A DNA stretch of 45,906 nucleotides, from the sequence record DRR723986_623; one strand, 5' to 3'. This document shows, piece after piece, positions 1 to 9,914 of this stretch (its first letter is position 1; every line of letters starts with the position of its first letter). Made by a program: the position numbers and the translations under genes. The notes under the pieces are model-generated. The model was given only the letters and a program-made list of their open reading frames with translations, was not told the DNA's origin and did no database searches.

Positions 1-1117
1 ACAGAGCGGTCAGGATAACCAGGAACAATAGCGAAATTCCGACAATGCCGAGTTCGAGCATGACATCGAGATAACCGTTATGAGCTTGGATCAGCAAAAT
101 GACGAAACCCGGCGCTTCACGGAAGGCAATTGAATCGGACCCCGTGGCCCAGAAAGACGCATAGCCCTGGCCAAGTACCGGGGCTCTGGAAATCACATCC
201 ACGACAAACGCCCAGATGAACGTCCGGCCGGTGTAGGTCTCGTCATTGAACAGGAACAGAGACAGGTCCGAGAACCCGAACCGCGTAAGGAGCGAGAGGA
301 AGGACAGAAGAACGGCGCCGGTAACCGCTCCGAAAATCAGCAGCAATGCCGCATTGATACGGAAGAGGAACGCCATGCCGACTGCAATATAGGCGATGAC
401 CGGCATGAGGACGGCAAGCCCGAGGGATGTTTTCGACTGACTGAGAACAAGCAGGCCAAAAGCCAGTGCCGAAATGATCAGCATGCCGAAACGTTTCAGA
501 AAACCGCGCGAAACCAGAAACCCGTAGATATTGAACATCATGGCCAAAGCCATGACCGCGCCCAGATTGTTTTTCTGGGTGTAGATGCCTGCGTGACCGA
601 TAGGTGTCGGCGGTAGCAGGACGACTGCAACCGCATTCATCAGAACAACGGTATTCATCAGCAGCATCAGTCGGCTTAGCAGTGAGCGGGCGTCGTCCGT
701 AAAAGAAACCGAAATCACAAGGCTCATCACAATGATGATCTGCAAGACCACGCGGCGAAACGCAATTCCGGGTGCATGAGACCAGAGCACACTCGTGACA
801 GCGAGCAGCAGATAAAGCATCAGGATCCAGATAAGCGGACTTTTCAGAACCGTAAACGCGTTAAGCAAGCGCCGCCCCGCCGATACCAGCAGAACCATGA
901 ACAGGCAGATCCAGAACAACTGGTTCAGTGCGTTGGACTTTGACGCGCTGATGTTGGCCGCGGTGTCTTCACCTCCGGACGACACCAGAAAGAATGGGCT
1001 GATCAACATCGGATAGGCGAGCAGCAGCACCGGAATCCAGTTGAAGATCCTGTCCAGCAACGTTTGCCCGTGCATGGCGGCCTGTGGCCCGGACTGTTCA
1101 ACGGGGTGAACTGTCAA
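1..1117 (-). CDS. O-antigen ligase/Wzy-type polysaccharide polymerase (ExoQ-like), 3' end runs off the window
   Basis: Not in the ORF track. Hand translation gives MTVHPVEQSGPQAAMHGQTLLDRIFNWIPVLLLAYPML..., multiple hydrophobic helices, and motifs GIYTQKNNLG, TYTGRTFIW, GQGYASFW and QAHNGYLDVMLELG typical of Wzy_C/O-antigen ligase proteins. TTG start follows GGAGA; alternative ATG at 1075. Confidence 0.85.
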   Translation of the reverse strand, partial: MTVHPVEQSGPQAAMHGQTLLDRIFNWIPVLLLAYPMLISPFFLVSSGGEDTAANISASKSNALNQLFWICLFMVLLVSAGRRLLNAFTVLKSPLIWILMLYLLLAVTSVLWSHAPGIAFRRVVLQIIIVMSLVISVSFTDDARSLLSRLMLLMNTVVLMNAVAVVLLPPTPIGHAGIYTQKNNLGAVMALAMMFNIYGFLVSRGFLKRFGMLIISALAFGLLVLSQSKTSLGLAVLMPVIAYIAVGMAFLFRINAALLLIFGAVTGAVLLSFLSLLTRFGFSDLSLFLFNDETYTGRTFIWAFVVDVISRAPVLGQGYASFWATGSDSIAFREAPGFVILLIQAHNGYLDVMLELGIVGISLLFLVILTAL

Positions 1118-1281
1118 ATCCCAGTCTCCAGATCAATTGCAGCTGCAGAAGCTTTCTGCCGGCCCGCACCGCTAGGTCAGTTACTAGGCATGATTCGCAG
1201 CTGTCAGCTCAATCTATCAGTCACGATTTCGCACAGTCGACTGCAAATTCCGCATCAACTGTCGTGCCTGGATGACGCGGT

Positions 1282-2604
1282 TCATAGCGCGTCTGCGTTG
1301 AGCCCCAAGGTATCGACCATAGCCGGCTCGACGGTTCTTTTGACGTTGTCGGTCATCAGACCGAAGCCCTCGTAGTAGTCCCACAACGCCCAGCCAAAGC
1401 CGCGTTCCTCCACCACTGTGCGGACGTCCTTGATCCAGGCAAGCCTGCTTCCATCGTCCGGAAGTCCTTTCGGGGGACGGATAGCACTGAATTCGCCAAG
1501 CACGATCTGGTCAGGGGAAATGTCATGTTTTTCCGCCCACTGCGAGATCGTGTCAAAGCGGCTTTCAATGAAATTCCGGTCGGGCCTTTCACGTTTATAG
1601 TAGTCCCTGACACCGTCCATCGCCTTGTCGAAGGCATAGTCGGGAACGTCGACATCGGCTGCCTTTAGGGCGGCGATATGCTGACGTGTCCTCTCTTCGG
1701 CAGTCTCCACGTCACCCGCTGTCCAGGGATAGCTGAGGCCCGCGATATAGCGGAGAGGGTCCAGTACCCAGGGGAGGGATTGATGGGTGAAATAGAAGGG
1801 CTCGTAGAAATGGAAGTCGACGATGATCTTGTCGTCATAGCCGTCGAGACTCATGTACTCGAGGCCTTCCATGGACCGCCAGCAGCCCGGGGTAAGGACA
1901 ATCGGCAGGTCTGGCGCAACACTGCGCGCCCTGTCATACAGCTGCTTTTGAGAGACAGACCAGTCCTGGCTGTCTTCTTCGAAACAGACGCCCTGCGGCT
2001 CGTTCATCAGTTCCAGCGCGACCTTGTCCGTCGGCAGATCGCGGATCCGCTTGGCGACTTCTTCCACAAGATCGGAGTAGGCCTGAAAGCGCGGTCCATC
2101 GGGTGCATCGCTCAAAATGTCGACAGGTGCCCATTCCGTGAGATATGCAGCCGGATGCAGATCGACCATCACGGTAAAGCCGCTGTCCAGTAAGCGAACC
2201 GTTATGGATTTCGTATCATCCAGCAATATGCGGCGTTCGCTGTCCGTCGCGGCCAGAAAGACGCCGGCGTCGATCGGAAAGCGAATGAAGTCGAACCCGA
2301 GCGCGCGCAGGCGTTCAAGTTCGGCGTCGGAGACCTTGGACAATTCGCCCCGGAACGGTGGCCAGAGATATTTTCCCGGCCGCTCGGGATCCCGATAGGC
2401 AAAATTTTGCAGCCTGGAAACATTGATACCCCGTTTGAATTTGGGGATCGAGATCGTCTCCTCCTTCGCTGCCTGAGTTCCGGCAGCGATGGCATTCTGA
2501 CGTTCGTCCAGATACAGAAAACCACCAACGAAAACGAGGAAAGCCAGACCAAAAGCAAGCGCGGTCAGCCAGGACCATAGGCGCTTCGACTTTTTTGCGG
2601 TCAC
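1282..2604 (-). CDS. Membrane-anchored glycoside hydrolase family 5 (cellulase-like glycanase)
   Basis: N-terminal TM helix; GFDFIRFP, VDLH, ELMNEP (acid/base), DFHFYEP, LGEF (nucleophile) and GWALW motifs. Confidence 0.88.
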   Translation of the reverse strand: MTAKKSKRLWSWLTALAFGLAFLVFVGGFLYLDERQNAIAAGTQAAKEETISIPKFKRGINVSRLQNFAYRDPERPGKYLWPPFRGELSKVSDAELERLRALGFDFIRFPIDAGVFLAATDSERRILLDDTKSITVRLLDSGFTVMVDLHPAAYLTEWAPVDILSDAPDGPRFQAYSDLVEEVAKRIRDLPTDKVALELMNEPQGVCFEEDSQDWSVSQKQLYDRARSVAPDLPIVLTPGCWRSMEGLEYMSLDGYDDKIIVDFHFYEPFYFTHQSLPWVLDPLRYIAGLSYPWTAGDVETAEERTRQHIAALKAADVDVPDYAFDKAMDGVRDYYKRERPDRNFIESRFDTISQWAEKHDISPDQIVLGEFSAIRPPKGLPDDGSRLAWIKDVRTVVEERGFGWALWDYYEGFGLMTDNVKRTVEPAMVDTLGLNADAL

Positions 2605-3872
2605 GTGCGGCTCCGTTGTTGATCTGGGGTCAAGACAGCTTCCAGGTCCTGACGGTAACTTTCAAGGATCATTGCAGGGTTGAACCGGTCGTGCAAGATT
2701 TGCTCGCTTGCCACTATCTGGCTGCGATAGTGAGCTGATTTTTCCGCCAATTCCTTGAAAGCGGCCGCAATTCCGGCGACATCACCGGGTTTCACGCCGA
2801 TACCGACATCGATGTCGTCAAGATAACCGTCGATACCCGTATCCTTGCCGTAGATAATCGGCAAACCGGCAAACAGCGCTTCCAGGTAGACCATCCCGAA
2901 GGTCTCGTTGTAGCTGACCAATGCCATCGCAAGATAGTGCGGCAGAACCTCGAACAGGTCCTTGCTATTCATCGGTCCAAGGATCCGTACGCTGTCGCCG
3001 AGCCCCAGTTCGGCAATTTCCTTTTTGGCCGCTTCCATGGCCTCCGCACTGCCGGGGCCGATCAGGTCCAGGCCGATGTCCGGGTGTGTTTTTTGGAAAA
3101 CGGCAAATCCCTGCAGCAGGTCGGACATGCCTTTCCGGCGGCGCATGTCCAGATCGAACACGCTGACGAACCGGGGGATCGGATCCTTTACCGGCACTTT
3201 GCTGGTGGAGTTCCCAACAATGTTTGGAAGCAGTCTTTCCTTCTCAGGCTGCGCTGGAACATACCTGTGGTAGGTGTCCCGGAACCAGGCGGAGATATGA
3301 TAGATCTTGTCCGCACGTGCCGCGATCCGGCGCATCAGGCTCCGGTACGTCGGCTTGAACAGCAGGATCTTGCGCTCCGATTCACCGCGAACGGAAATGA
3401 ACAGCCGGGTATCCGGTCCAAACCTTTCCGCCAGCCACAATCCCGCGATGCCTTCAAACGAGAGTTTATGTGCGTGAACGAGGGCAGGTGTCTCACGCTC
3501 GGTCTTCAGCGTCTTAAACACATGTCTTGCGATACGTCGCATCGCCGAGGCGAGACCTATACCCATCGGCAGGCCGAAATAGCGGTAGGAGTATAGCCGC
3601 ACGCCTTTTATCTCACCGCAATCCTTGAAGCTGGCTTGCCAGGGCAAGCTGGTCCGGTCCATCGTCACGACGATGTGTCTGCCAAAGTCCACGCCGGTGA
3701 CGAGACGCTCGATTGCGGTGGTTCTGCGATGGAATTGCTGCGGGTTCGGGTAGTCGGCGCTCAGATGCAGGATGAGGGGTGCTGCTGCACCCGGTTCACC
3801 GAATTCTGCTCTTGTGTCCATTGTTTCCCTCGGCAGCGAATTTTGGCGGCAGAACGGTTGCGCCGCGCTCAT
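2601..3872 (-). CDS. Glycosyltransferase family 4 (GT-B)
   Basis: VHAH, RKG and ETFGMVYLEALFAGLPII motifs; 4-bp overlap with the GH5 start; start may instead be the ATG at 3821. Confidence 0.88.
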   Translation of the reverse strand: MSAAQPFCRQNSLPRETMDTRAEFGEPGAAAPLILHLSADYPNPQQFHRRTTAIERLVTGVDFGRHIVVTMDRTSLPWQASFKDCGEIKGVRLYSYRYFGLPMGIGLASAMRRIARHVFKTLKTERETPALVHAHKLSFEGIAGLWLAERFGPDTRLFISVRGESERKILLFKPTYRSLMRRIAARADKIYHISAWFRDTYHRYVPAQPEKERLLPNIVGNSTSKVPVKDPIPRFVSVFDLDMRRRKGMSDLLQGFAVFQKTHPDIGLDLIGPGSAEAMEAAKKEIAELGLGDSVRILGPMNSKDLFEVLPHYLAMALVSYNETFGMVYLEALFAGLPIIYGKDTGIDGYLDDIDVGIGVKPGDVAGIAAAFKELAEKSAHYRSQIVASEQILHDRFNPAMILESYRQDLEAVLTPDQQRSRT

Positions 3873-4175
3873 CGGTCTTTGATTGCAACAAGGCCGCAGG
3901 TCGTTCCATCAGCCTGTTTGATCGTCATTTTCGGGGCAAACTTCTCTCATCACGTTTCAATAAAGAGTGAATGCCGCGACCTTGCGTCACCAACGGCTTC
4001 ATTCTGGAGCGTCACGGGACACCGGAAATGTACAATCGACAAAAATAACTAACTTTAAACGACAGTTCGTCACATTGCCGGCAGGCAGCCCCCAAGGTTG
4101 AGTGGCGTCCCCATGTTGGCCGGGAACACGTTTCACGAACAACCTGCTGGTGGAAACTGCGCAGGAGGACGATGA

Positions 4176-4790
4176 ATGCCGAACCGGATCGACGAAGACA
4201 TGGACGCCAGGGCGCTCGGCGCGCAAAGCTTCGGCCTGAAGAACAGGCTGTTCCGTATCCTCTGGGGTATTGTCTGGTTCCTTCTGGCCTCCTGGACGCA
4301 GCCGTTGCATGGTTGGCGCCGTTGGCTCTTGCGACAGTTCGGAGCGACAGTGGGGGAGGGTGTCTATGTGGCTCCATCCGCCAGGATCTGGCATCCGGGC
4401 AACCTGATCCTGGAGGATTTCGCCGCGATCGCAGATGGTGCGGATATCTACAACATGGGTCCTGTCACGATCGGCCGGTACGGTGTCGTCTCCAAACGTG
4501 CGCACATTTGCGCGGGAACGCATGACATCAACGACGACAAGTTCCTGCTGATCGCAAAACCCATCGTTCTGGAGGCCTATAGCTGGGTTGCCGCTGAAGC
4601 CTTTGTTGGCCCCGGGGTTCGTGTCGGTGAGGGAGCTGTTCTGGGAGCGCGTGCAGTAACGGTGAAAGACCTGGCTCCATGGACTGTTTATGCAGGTAAT
4701 CCTGCCAAGGCGCTCAAGCAGCGAACGCGGTTTGAGCGTAGTGACGTGCCTAAGCGGGGATGGCGTGAGCCGTTGGAAACCGCCGACTGA
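4176..4790 (+). CDS. WcaF-like hexapeptide-repeat polysaccharide O-acetyltransferase
   Basis: LLRQFGATVG, CAGTHD, WVAAEAFVGPGV and VYAGNPAK motifs; AGGAGG RBS upstream. Confidence 0.88.
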   Translation: MPNRIDEDMDARALGAQSFGLKNRLFRILWGIVWFLLASWTQPLHGWRRWLLRQFGATVGEGVYVAPSARIWHPGNLILEDFAAIADGADIYNMGPVTIGRYGVVSKRAHICAGTHDINDDKFLLIAKPIVLEAYSWVAAEAFVGPGVRVGEGAVLGARAVTVKDLAPWTVYAGNPAKALKQRTRFERSDVPKRGWREPLETAD

Positions 4791-4953
4791 TTTTCCCTCC
4801 GATTTAGCCTGCCCTTCAGGCCCATTAAATATCGGTAACTACGAACTTTCTAACGGCTATGTTTACAACTGCTTAGAGACCGATCGGATATTGCTCTAAT
4901 GCGTTCGCCGCCGTCGTAACCGGGACGAACGTAAAGGGGAGACTGGGAACGGA

Positions 4954-5742
4954 ATGCTGGCAAGAGATTTCGAGAGTGAACTGCTTGGGTGCCGGATCGA
5001 AGCAACCGCTATCGGTCCGTTTGCCATCGGGCGTCTTCGCTCCCGGGATGCCATCCAGCTTGTCGAGGCCGCCGTTCAAAAGCGGCAGAACCTCGATATT
5101 GCCATCTGCAACGCCCATACGCTCCTGTCAGCGATGGATGATCCCCGCTACGCTGCAACACTCCAGAAAATGACGCTTCTGAACGACGGAATCGGTATCA
5201 GCCTTGCCAGCAAGCTGCTCAGGGAAGAGCCGTTTCCGGAAAATCTGAACGGGACTGACCTCATTCCCCGGATCCTGGCGAACATCGGCATTCCGCTGCG
5301 GATCTATCTGCTCGGCGCCAAGGAAGAACAGGTTCGCCTTGCCAAGGAGCATATCGAGACTGCCTATCCGAAGCACCAGGTGGTTGGCTACCGGGACGGC
5401 TATTTCGCAAGCGATGAACTGGACAGCTTGTGCCAGGGGATCAACGAGGCAAAGCCGGACCTATTGCTTGTTGCCATGGGGAATCCCAGGCAGGAGAATT
5501 TCATCGTTGAGAACCGGTCGGCACTGGCTGTACCGGTCGCGATCGGGGTCGGGGCGCTGTTTGACTTCATGTCCGGGGCCGTTGTCCGCGCACCGAAGAT
5601 TATTCAGGCAGCCGGCCTAGAGTGGCTGTTCCGCCTGTTGCAGGAACCTCGCCGCCTGTTCCGCCGCTATGTCATCGGCATACCGCGATTTCTGTTTGCC
5701 CTGATGAAAATCAGATTTTCCAGGTCCGGCGTTTCGCGCTAG
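4954..5742 (+). CDS. WecB/TagA/CpsF family glycosyltransferase (GT26)
   Basis: NDGIG, NLNGTDL, VAMGNPRQE, GVGALFDF, RAP and GLEWLFRL-QEPRRL motifs. Confidence 0.92.
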   Translation: MLARDFESELLGCRIEATAIGPFAIGRLRSRDAIQLVEAAVQKRQNLDIAICNAHTLLSAMDDPRYAATLQKMTLLNDGIGISLASKLLREEPFPENLNGTDLIPRILANIGIPLRIYLLGAKEEQVRLAKEHIETAYPKHQVVGYRDGYFASDELDSLCQGINEAKPDLLLVAMGNPRQENFIVENRSALAVPVAIGVGALFDFMSGAVVRAPKIIQAAGLEWLFRLLQEPRRLFRRYVIGIPRFLFALMKIRFSRSGVSR

Positions 5743-6500
5743 CTCCCACGTGCAAGGATCTGCCGTAACCGGTCAACGAGCGCTGAATTCGTTGGAGCAG
5801 TTTCGGCTTCCGGCAGTTCTGGCCGGGCGATCATGATGACGGGAAGTTTCAAGGTCCGCGCAGCCTCGATCTTGGCGTAGGAACGACTGCCACCACTGTT
5901 TTTCGTCACCACATGAGTGATGCTCTTTTCCAGAAACAGCGAGACTTCCTTGTCGGCAGATGCCGGGGGGCGGGAGAGGATCAACTCCCAGGCGGGAGGT
6001 AATCGTGTTTTGGGCGGCTCGATCATCCGGACAAGACCGAAAATATCGTTTCGATGGGTGAAGCGCTCGATCTCCTTGCGGCCAATGGCCAGGAAGGCGC
6101 GCGCGCCATCAGGCAGGGCCTTGGCCGCGTCGTCCATCGTCAGGACATTTGTCCAGGCGTCGGCTTCACCGGGGTGCCAGCATGGCCGTTCCAGGCGCAC
6201 AAGCGGTACCTTGAGCATCTTGGCAGCCTCGGCCGCATTACGGCTCATCTGGGCAGCGAAGGGATGGGTCGCATCGACAATGACGGTGATCCCTTCGTGC
6301 CGCATGAAGGCAAGCAGACCTTCGGAGCCGCCAAAACCGCCGACGCGTGTCGGGACGCCAAGATCAGGCAGGTCACGAACCGCTCCGGCAAAAGAGGCGG
6401 TCAGGCGACTTTCCGGAAATGTTTCCGCCAGCGTTCTGGCCAATTGCCGGGCTTCGCTTGTTCCGGCGAGCAGCAGGATATGATCTGCCTTAGCGGTCAA
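5739..6500 (-). CDS. cobK: Precorrin-6A/cobalt-precorrin-6A reductase
   Basis: LLAGTSEAR, RVGGFGG, DATHPFAAQMS and VTKNSGG motifs. Confidence 0.95.
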   Translation of the reverse strand: MTAKADHILLLAGTSEARQLARTLAETFPESRLTASFAGAVRDLPDLGVPTRVGGFGGSEGLLAFMRHEGITVIVDATHPFAAQMSRNAAEAAKMLKVPLVRLERPCWHPGEADAWTNVLTMDDAAKALPDGARAFLAIGRKEIERFTHRNDIFGLVRMIEPPKTRLPPAWELILSRPPASADKEVSLFLEKSITHVVTKNSGGSRSYAKIEAARTLKLPVIMIARPELPEAETAPTNSALVDRLRQILARGS

Positions 6501-7584
6501 AGCCTGTTTCCCCCAGCACCTTGCCCTGGCGGTCGGTGATCAGAACTTCCACATCCACCGGCGCATCGCGCAGGATCTGGCGGACGGCGTCCTTCGTTCG
6601 CCGCGCAAGTGGGCCACTGAGATCGATACCGGCAGCCAGGGAGGCATCCAGCACCTCCTTGGCCGTATTGGCCGAGGTGGCCTGTTCGATCAGATCCGCG
6701 GCAGCGTTCTCCTGACGCAGAAGATCCTGCAGGAATTCGAAGTCGACGGAGCTGCGGGCCGAATGCAGATCGAGCGCCCCTTGAGCCAGCTTGGTGAACT
6801 TCGCAAATCCGCCTGCGAGGGTCAGCCGGTCGACCGGATGACTGCGCAGGTACTTCAGCAAACCGCCGGCGAAATCCCCCATGTCGAGAAAGGCGGTTTC
6901 ATCCAGATCGTATCGGGCCTTGACCGCGTCTTCGGAACTGGCGCCGGTTGCGCCAACCACATGTGACAGCCCGACTGCGCGCGCAACATCGATGCCCCGA
7001 TGAATGGACGCAATCCACGCAGCGCAGGAAAACGGCCGGACGATGCCGGTCGTGCCAAGTATGGACAAGCCGCCCAGGATACCAAGCCTGGGATTCATCG
7101 TCTTGAGGGCGAGCTCTGCACCACCTTCGATCGAGACCGTTATCTCGACATCGCCGGCCCCGCCATTCAGTTGGGAAACCTCATTGATTGCCGTCCGCAT
7201 CATCTGGCGCGGCACCGGATTGATGGCAGGTTCGCCCGGCGGGATCGGAAGGCCAGGCCTTGTGACGGTGCCGACACCTTCTCCGGCCCTGAAGATTACT
7301 CCAGAACCAGGAGGCAACAGGTTGACGGTCGCGCTGACCAAGGCGCCATGGGTCACGTCGGGGTCGTCCCCTGCATCCTTGATGATGGCGGCGGACGCCG
7401 ATTTTCCTGAAAGCGTATGCCGGGTCAGCGCAAAGGAGGCTGTGCTACCCTTGGGCAGGGTGATTTCGACCGGATCCGGGAAATCGCCGGTCAAAAGGGC
7501 CTGATACGCCGCCTTGGTGGCTGCTGTCGCACAGGCTCCCGTCGTCCAGCCCCGCCGCAGCTCTTTTGGCTCTTCCTTCGACAT
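6490..7584 (-). CDS. cbiD: Cobalt-precorrin-5B C1-methyltransferase
   Basis: LRRGWTTGACA, KDAGDDPDVTHG and NPRLGILGGLSILGTTG motifs; start moved to the ATG of MSKEE (7584). Confidence 0.95.
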   Translation of the reverse strand: MSKEEPKELRRGWTTGACATAATKAAYQALLTGDFPDPVEITLPKGSTASFALTRHTLSGKSASAAIIKDAGDDPDVTHGALVSATVNLLPPGSGVIFRAGEGVGTVTRPGLPIPPGEPAINPVPRQMMRTAINEVSQLNGGAGDVEITVSIEGGAELALKTMNPRLGILGGLSILGTTGIVRPFSCAAWIASIHRGIDVARAVGLSHVVGATGASSEDAVKARYDLDETAFLDMGDFAGGLLKYLRSHPVDRLTLAGGFAKFTKLAQGALDLHSARSSVDFEFLQDLLRQENAAADLIEQATSANTAKEVLDASLAAGIDLSGPLARRTKDAVRQILRDAPVDVEVLITDRQGKVLGETGFDR

Positions 7585-7714
7585 GCTCTTTCTATAGACG
7601 ATGAAATTCCGCTTTGTGCATATTAGTTTATGTGCGCGATGAAATGTCGTTTTCGCATCGTTTTTGATCGCCGAAGCGCTTGGCGTTACCGTGCCACGCG
7701 GGTAAACAGGAACC

Positions 7715-8605
7715 ATGACTGGAGAAGACGACAACAACCGACCGCATGAAGGCTTGCCGGGAGACCTGCCAGGTGGGTTACCCGTGTTCGAACCCGGTTG
7801 GGTTTGGCTTGCGGGCGCAGGACCGGGCGATCCCGGCCTGTTGACGCTGCATGCGCTGAATGGTCTGCGTCAGGCCGATGTTGTCGTGTTTGATGCCCTT
7901 GTCGATCAGAGCATTCTTGCCTGGGTCAAACCGGGAGCCGTGACTGACTACGCGGGCAAGCGCGGCGGCAAACCGAGCCCGAAACAGCGCGACATAACCT
8001 TGAAGCTGATCGATTACGCCCGCGAAGGTAAAAGAGTGCTTCGCCTGAAGGGCGGCGATCCTTTCGTCTTCGGCCGCGGCGGCGAGGAAGCGCTCGGCCT
8101 TGTCGAGGCCGGTGTGCCGTTCCGCATCATTCCCGGCATCACCGCCGGTATCGGCGGTCTGGCCTACGCGGGGATCCCCGCAACCCATCGGGACTGCAAT
8201 CAGGCAGTCACCTTCCTGACAGGCCATGACCAGACGGGCCTCACCCCGGACGCGATCAACTGGGATGGTATCGCCAAGGGTTCGCCTGTCATTGTCATGT
8301 ATATGGCGATGAAGCATCTGGACGTCATAGCCGGCAAACTGATTGCCGGTGGACGATCTGTGGATGAACCTGTGGGTATCGTGTGCAATGCGTCCCTTGC
8401 GGGCCAGGACGTTCTGGAAACCACGCTGGGCCGCTGCGCTGAAGACGCGAAGGCTGCCGGGATCGAACCTCCGGCAGTTGTTTGTGTCGGTGAGGTTGTC
8501 CGTCTGCGCAAGGGGCTCGACTGGCTCGGCGCCTTGTCGGGCAAGGGGCTGGACAGCGACCCGCTAGGCCTGCGCATATCTTCCCGTTCTGCCGATGCCA
8601 GCTGA
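7715..8605 (+). CDS. cobA: Uroporphyrinogen-III C-methyltransferase (SUMT)
   Basis: GAGPGDPGLLT, RLKGGDPFVFGRGGEE and IPATHRD motifs. Confidence 0.95.
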   Translation: MTGEDDNNRPHEGLPGDLPGGLPVFEPGWVWLAGAGPGDPGLLTLHALNGLRQADVVVFDALVDQSILAWVKPGAVTDYAGKRGGKPSPKQRDITLKLIDYAREGKRVLRLKGGDPFVFGRGGEEALGLVEAGVPFRIIPGITAGIGGLAYAGIPATHRDCNQAVTFLTGHDQTGLTPDAINWDGIAKGSPVIVMYMAMKHLDVIAGKLIAGGRSVDEPVGIVCNASLAGQDVLETTLGRCAEDAKAAGIEPPAVVCVGEVVRLRKGLDWLGALSGKGLDSDPLGLRISSRSADAS

Positions 8606-9914
8606 CACTGCCAAGGCAGGCGCCAAGGGTGTTCTGATCGCGGCGCCATCATCGGGTGCTGGCAAGACCACACTGACGCTTGCGTTGCTGCGCGCACTGA
8701 AATCCGCCGGGCGTTCGGTCGTTTCGGCCAAGTCCGGCCCGGATTACATCGATCCGAAATTCCACGAAGCTGCCAGCGGGACGCCCTGCATCAACCTGGA
8801 CGCCTGGGCTATGGACCCGGCGACACTGCAGATGCTTGCCCACCGTCAGGCTGACGGTCATGACGTTCTCGTGGTCGAAGGCGCCATGGGGCTATTCGAC
8901 GGAGCAGCCAGCGGCAAGGGCTCGGCTGCCGATCTGGCGGCAACGCTGCATCTACCCGTGATTCTTGTCGTGGATTGCGGCAAACAGGCCCAGTCGGTTG
9001 CAGCGCTTGTTCATGGGTTTCAAAGCTTCCGGCCGGATATCAATCTCGCAGGCGTTATTCTCAACAAGGTTGGCAGCCCGCGCCACGAAGTCATGTTGCG
9101 CGCAGCGCTGGCACCGCTCGCCTTGGATGTTCTGGGAGTCTTGCCGCGGGCTCAGGAACTAGGCCTTCCCGAACGCCACCTGGGGCTTGTCCAGGCGGGG
9201 GAACATCCGGATCTGGAAGCCTTTCTGGAAAAGGCGAGCGACCTGTGTGCCCGGAATGTAGACCTGAACCGCCTGGAAACATTGGCGGCACCACTGAGCC
9301 CTGCCGGTGATAACAGGGAAAACCTGCCCGCGCCGCTTGGCCAGTGCATTGCCATTGCCCGGGACGTTGCCTTTGCCTTTTCCTATCCGCATCTGCTGGA
9401 TTTCTGGCGAAGGCAGGGCGCGAGGCTCGAGTTCTTCTCGCCACTCGCGGATGAAGCGCCGTCACCTGATGCCGATGCAATTTTTCTTCCCGGCGGTTAT
9501 CCGGAGCTACATGCCGGAATGCTGGCTGCGGCAGACAGGTTCAAGGCTGGAGTCTTGAGGGCCGCATCCACCGGAAAGCTGATCTATGGCGAGTGTGGTG
9601 GCTACATGGCACTCGGCAAGGGCATGGTCGATGCCGATGGCACACGCCACGAAATGCTGGGGCTGTTGCCGCTGGAGACCTCGTTTCAGACCCGCAAGCG
9701 TCACCTCGGGTACCGAAAAGTCATGCCACTCCGTGGCCTACCCTGGCAAATGCCGCTATCCGCACACGAATTCCACTATGCCTCCATAATGTCGGAAGGC
9801 GGGGCGGAGCGGCTGTTTTCAGCGGAAGATGCCGAAGGCAACGAACTGGCACAGATGGGGCTGCGCGCCGGATCGGTCATGGGATCCTTTGCCCATGTCA
9901 TTGCTCTCGCCTAA
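8595..9914 (+). CDS. cobB: Cobyrinate/hydrogenobyrinate a,c-diamide synthase
   Basis: SGAGKTT, GPDYIDP, EGAMGLFDG, PERHLGLV, GGYPE, GECGGYM and HEFHY motifs. Confidence 0.95.
   Translation: MPADTAKAGAKGVLIAAPSSGAGKTTLTLALLRALKSAGRSVVSAKSGPDYIDPKFHEAASGTPCINLDAWAMDPATLQMLAHRQADGHDVLVVEGAMGLFDGAASGKGSAADLAATLHLPVILVVDCGKQAQSVAALVHGFQSFRPDINLAGVILNKVGSPRHEVMLRAALAPLALDVLGVLPRAQELGLPERHLGLVQAGEHPDLEAFLEKASDLCARNVDLNRLETLAAPLSPAGDNRENLPAPLGQCIAIARDVAFAFSYPHLLDFWRRQGARLEFFSPLADEAPSPDADAIFLPGGYPELHAGMLAAADRFKAGVLRAASTGKLIYGECGGYMALGKGMVDADGTRHEMLGLLPLETSFQTRKRHLGYRKVMPLRGLPWQMPLSAHEFHYASIMSEGGAERLFSAEDAEGNELAQMGLRAGSVMGSFAHVIALA

Noticed and set aside
7585-7737. N-terminal extensions in the ORF track for cbiD (also cobI, Hsp70, HlyD, DUF2946 and the methyltransferase)
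   Set aside because: They overlap neighbouring genes or promoters; downstream starts fit family N-termini, and most have an RBS or ATGA coupling
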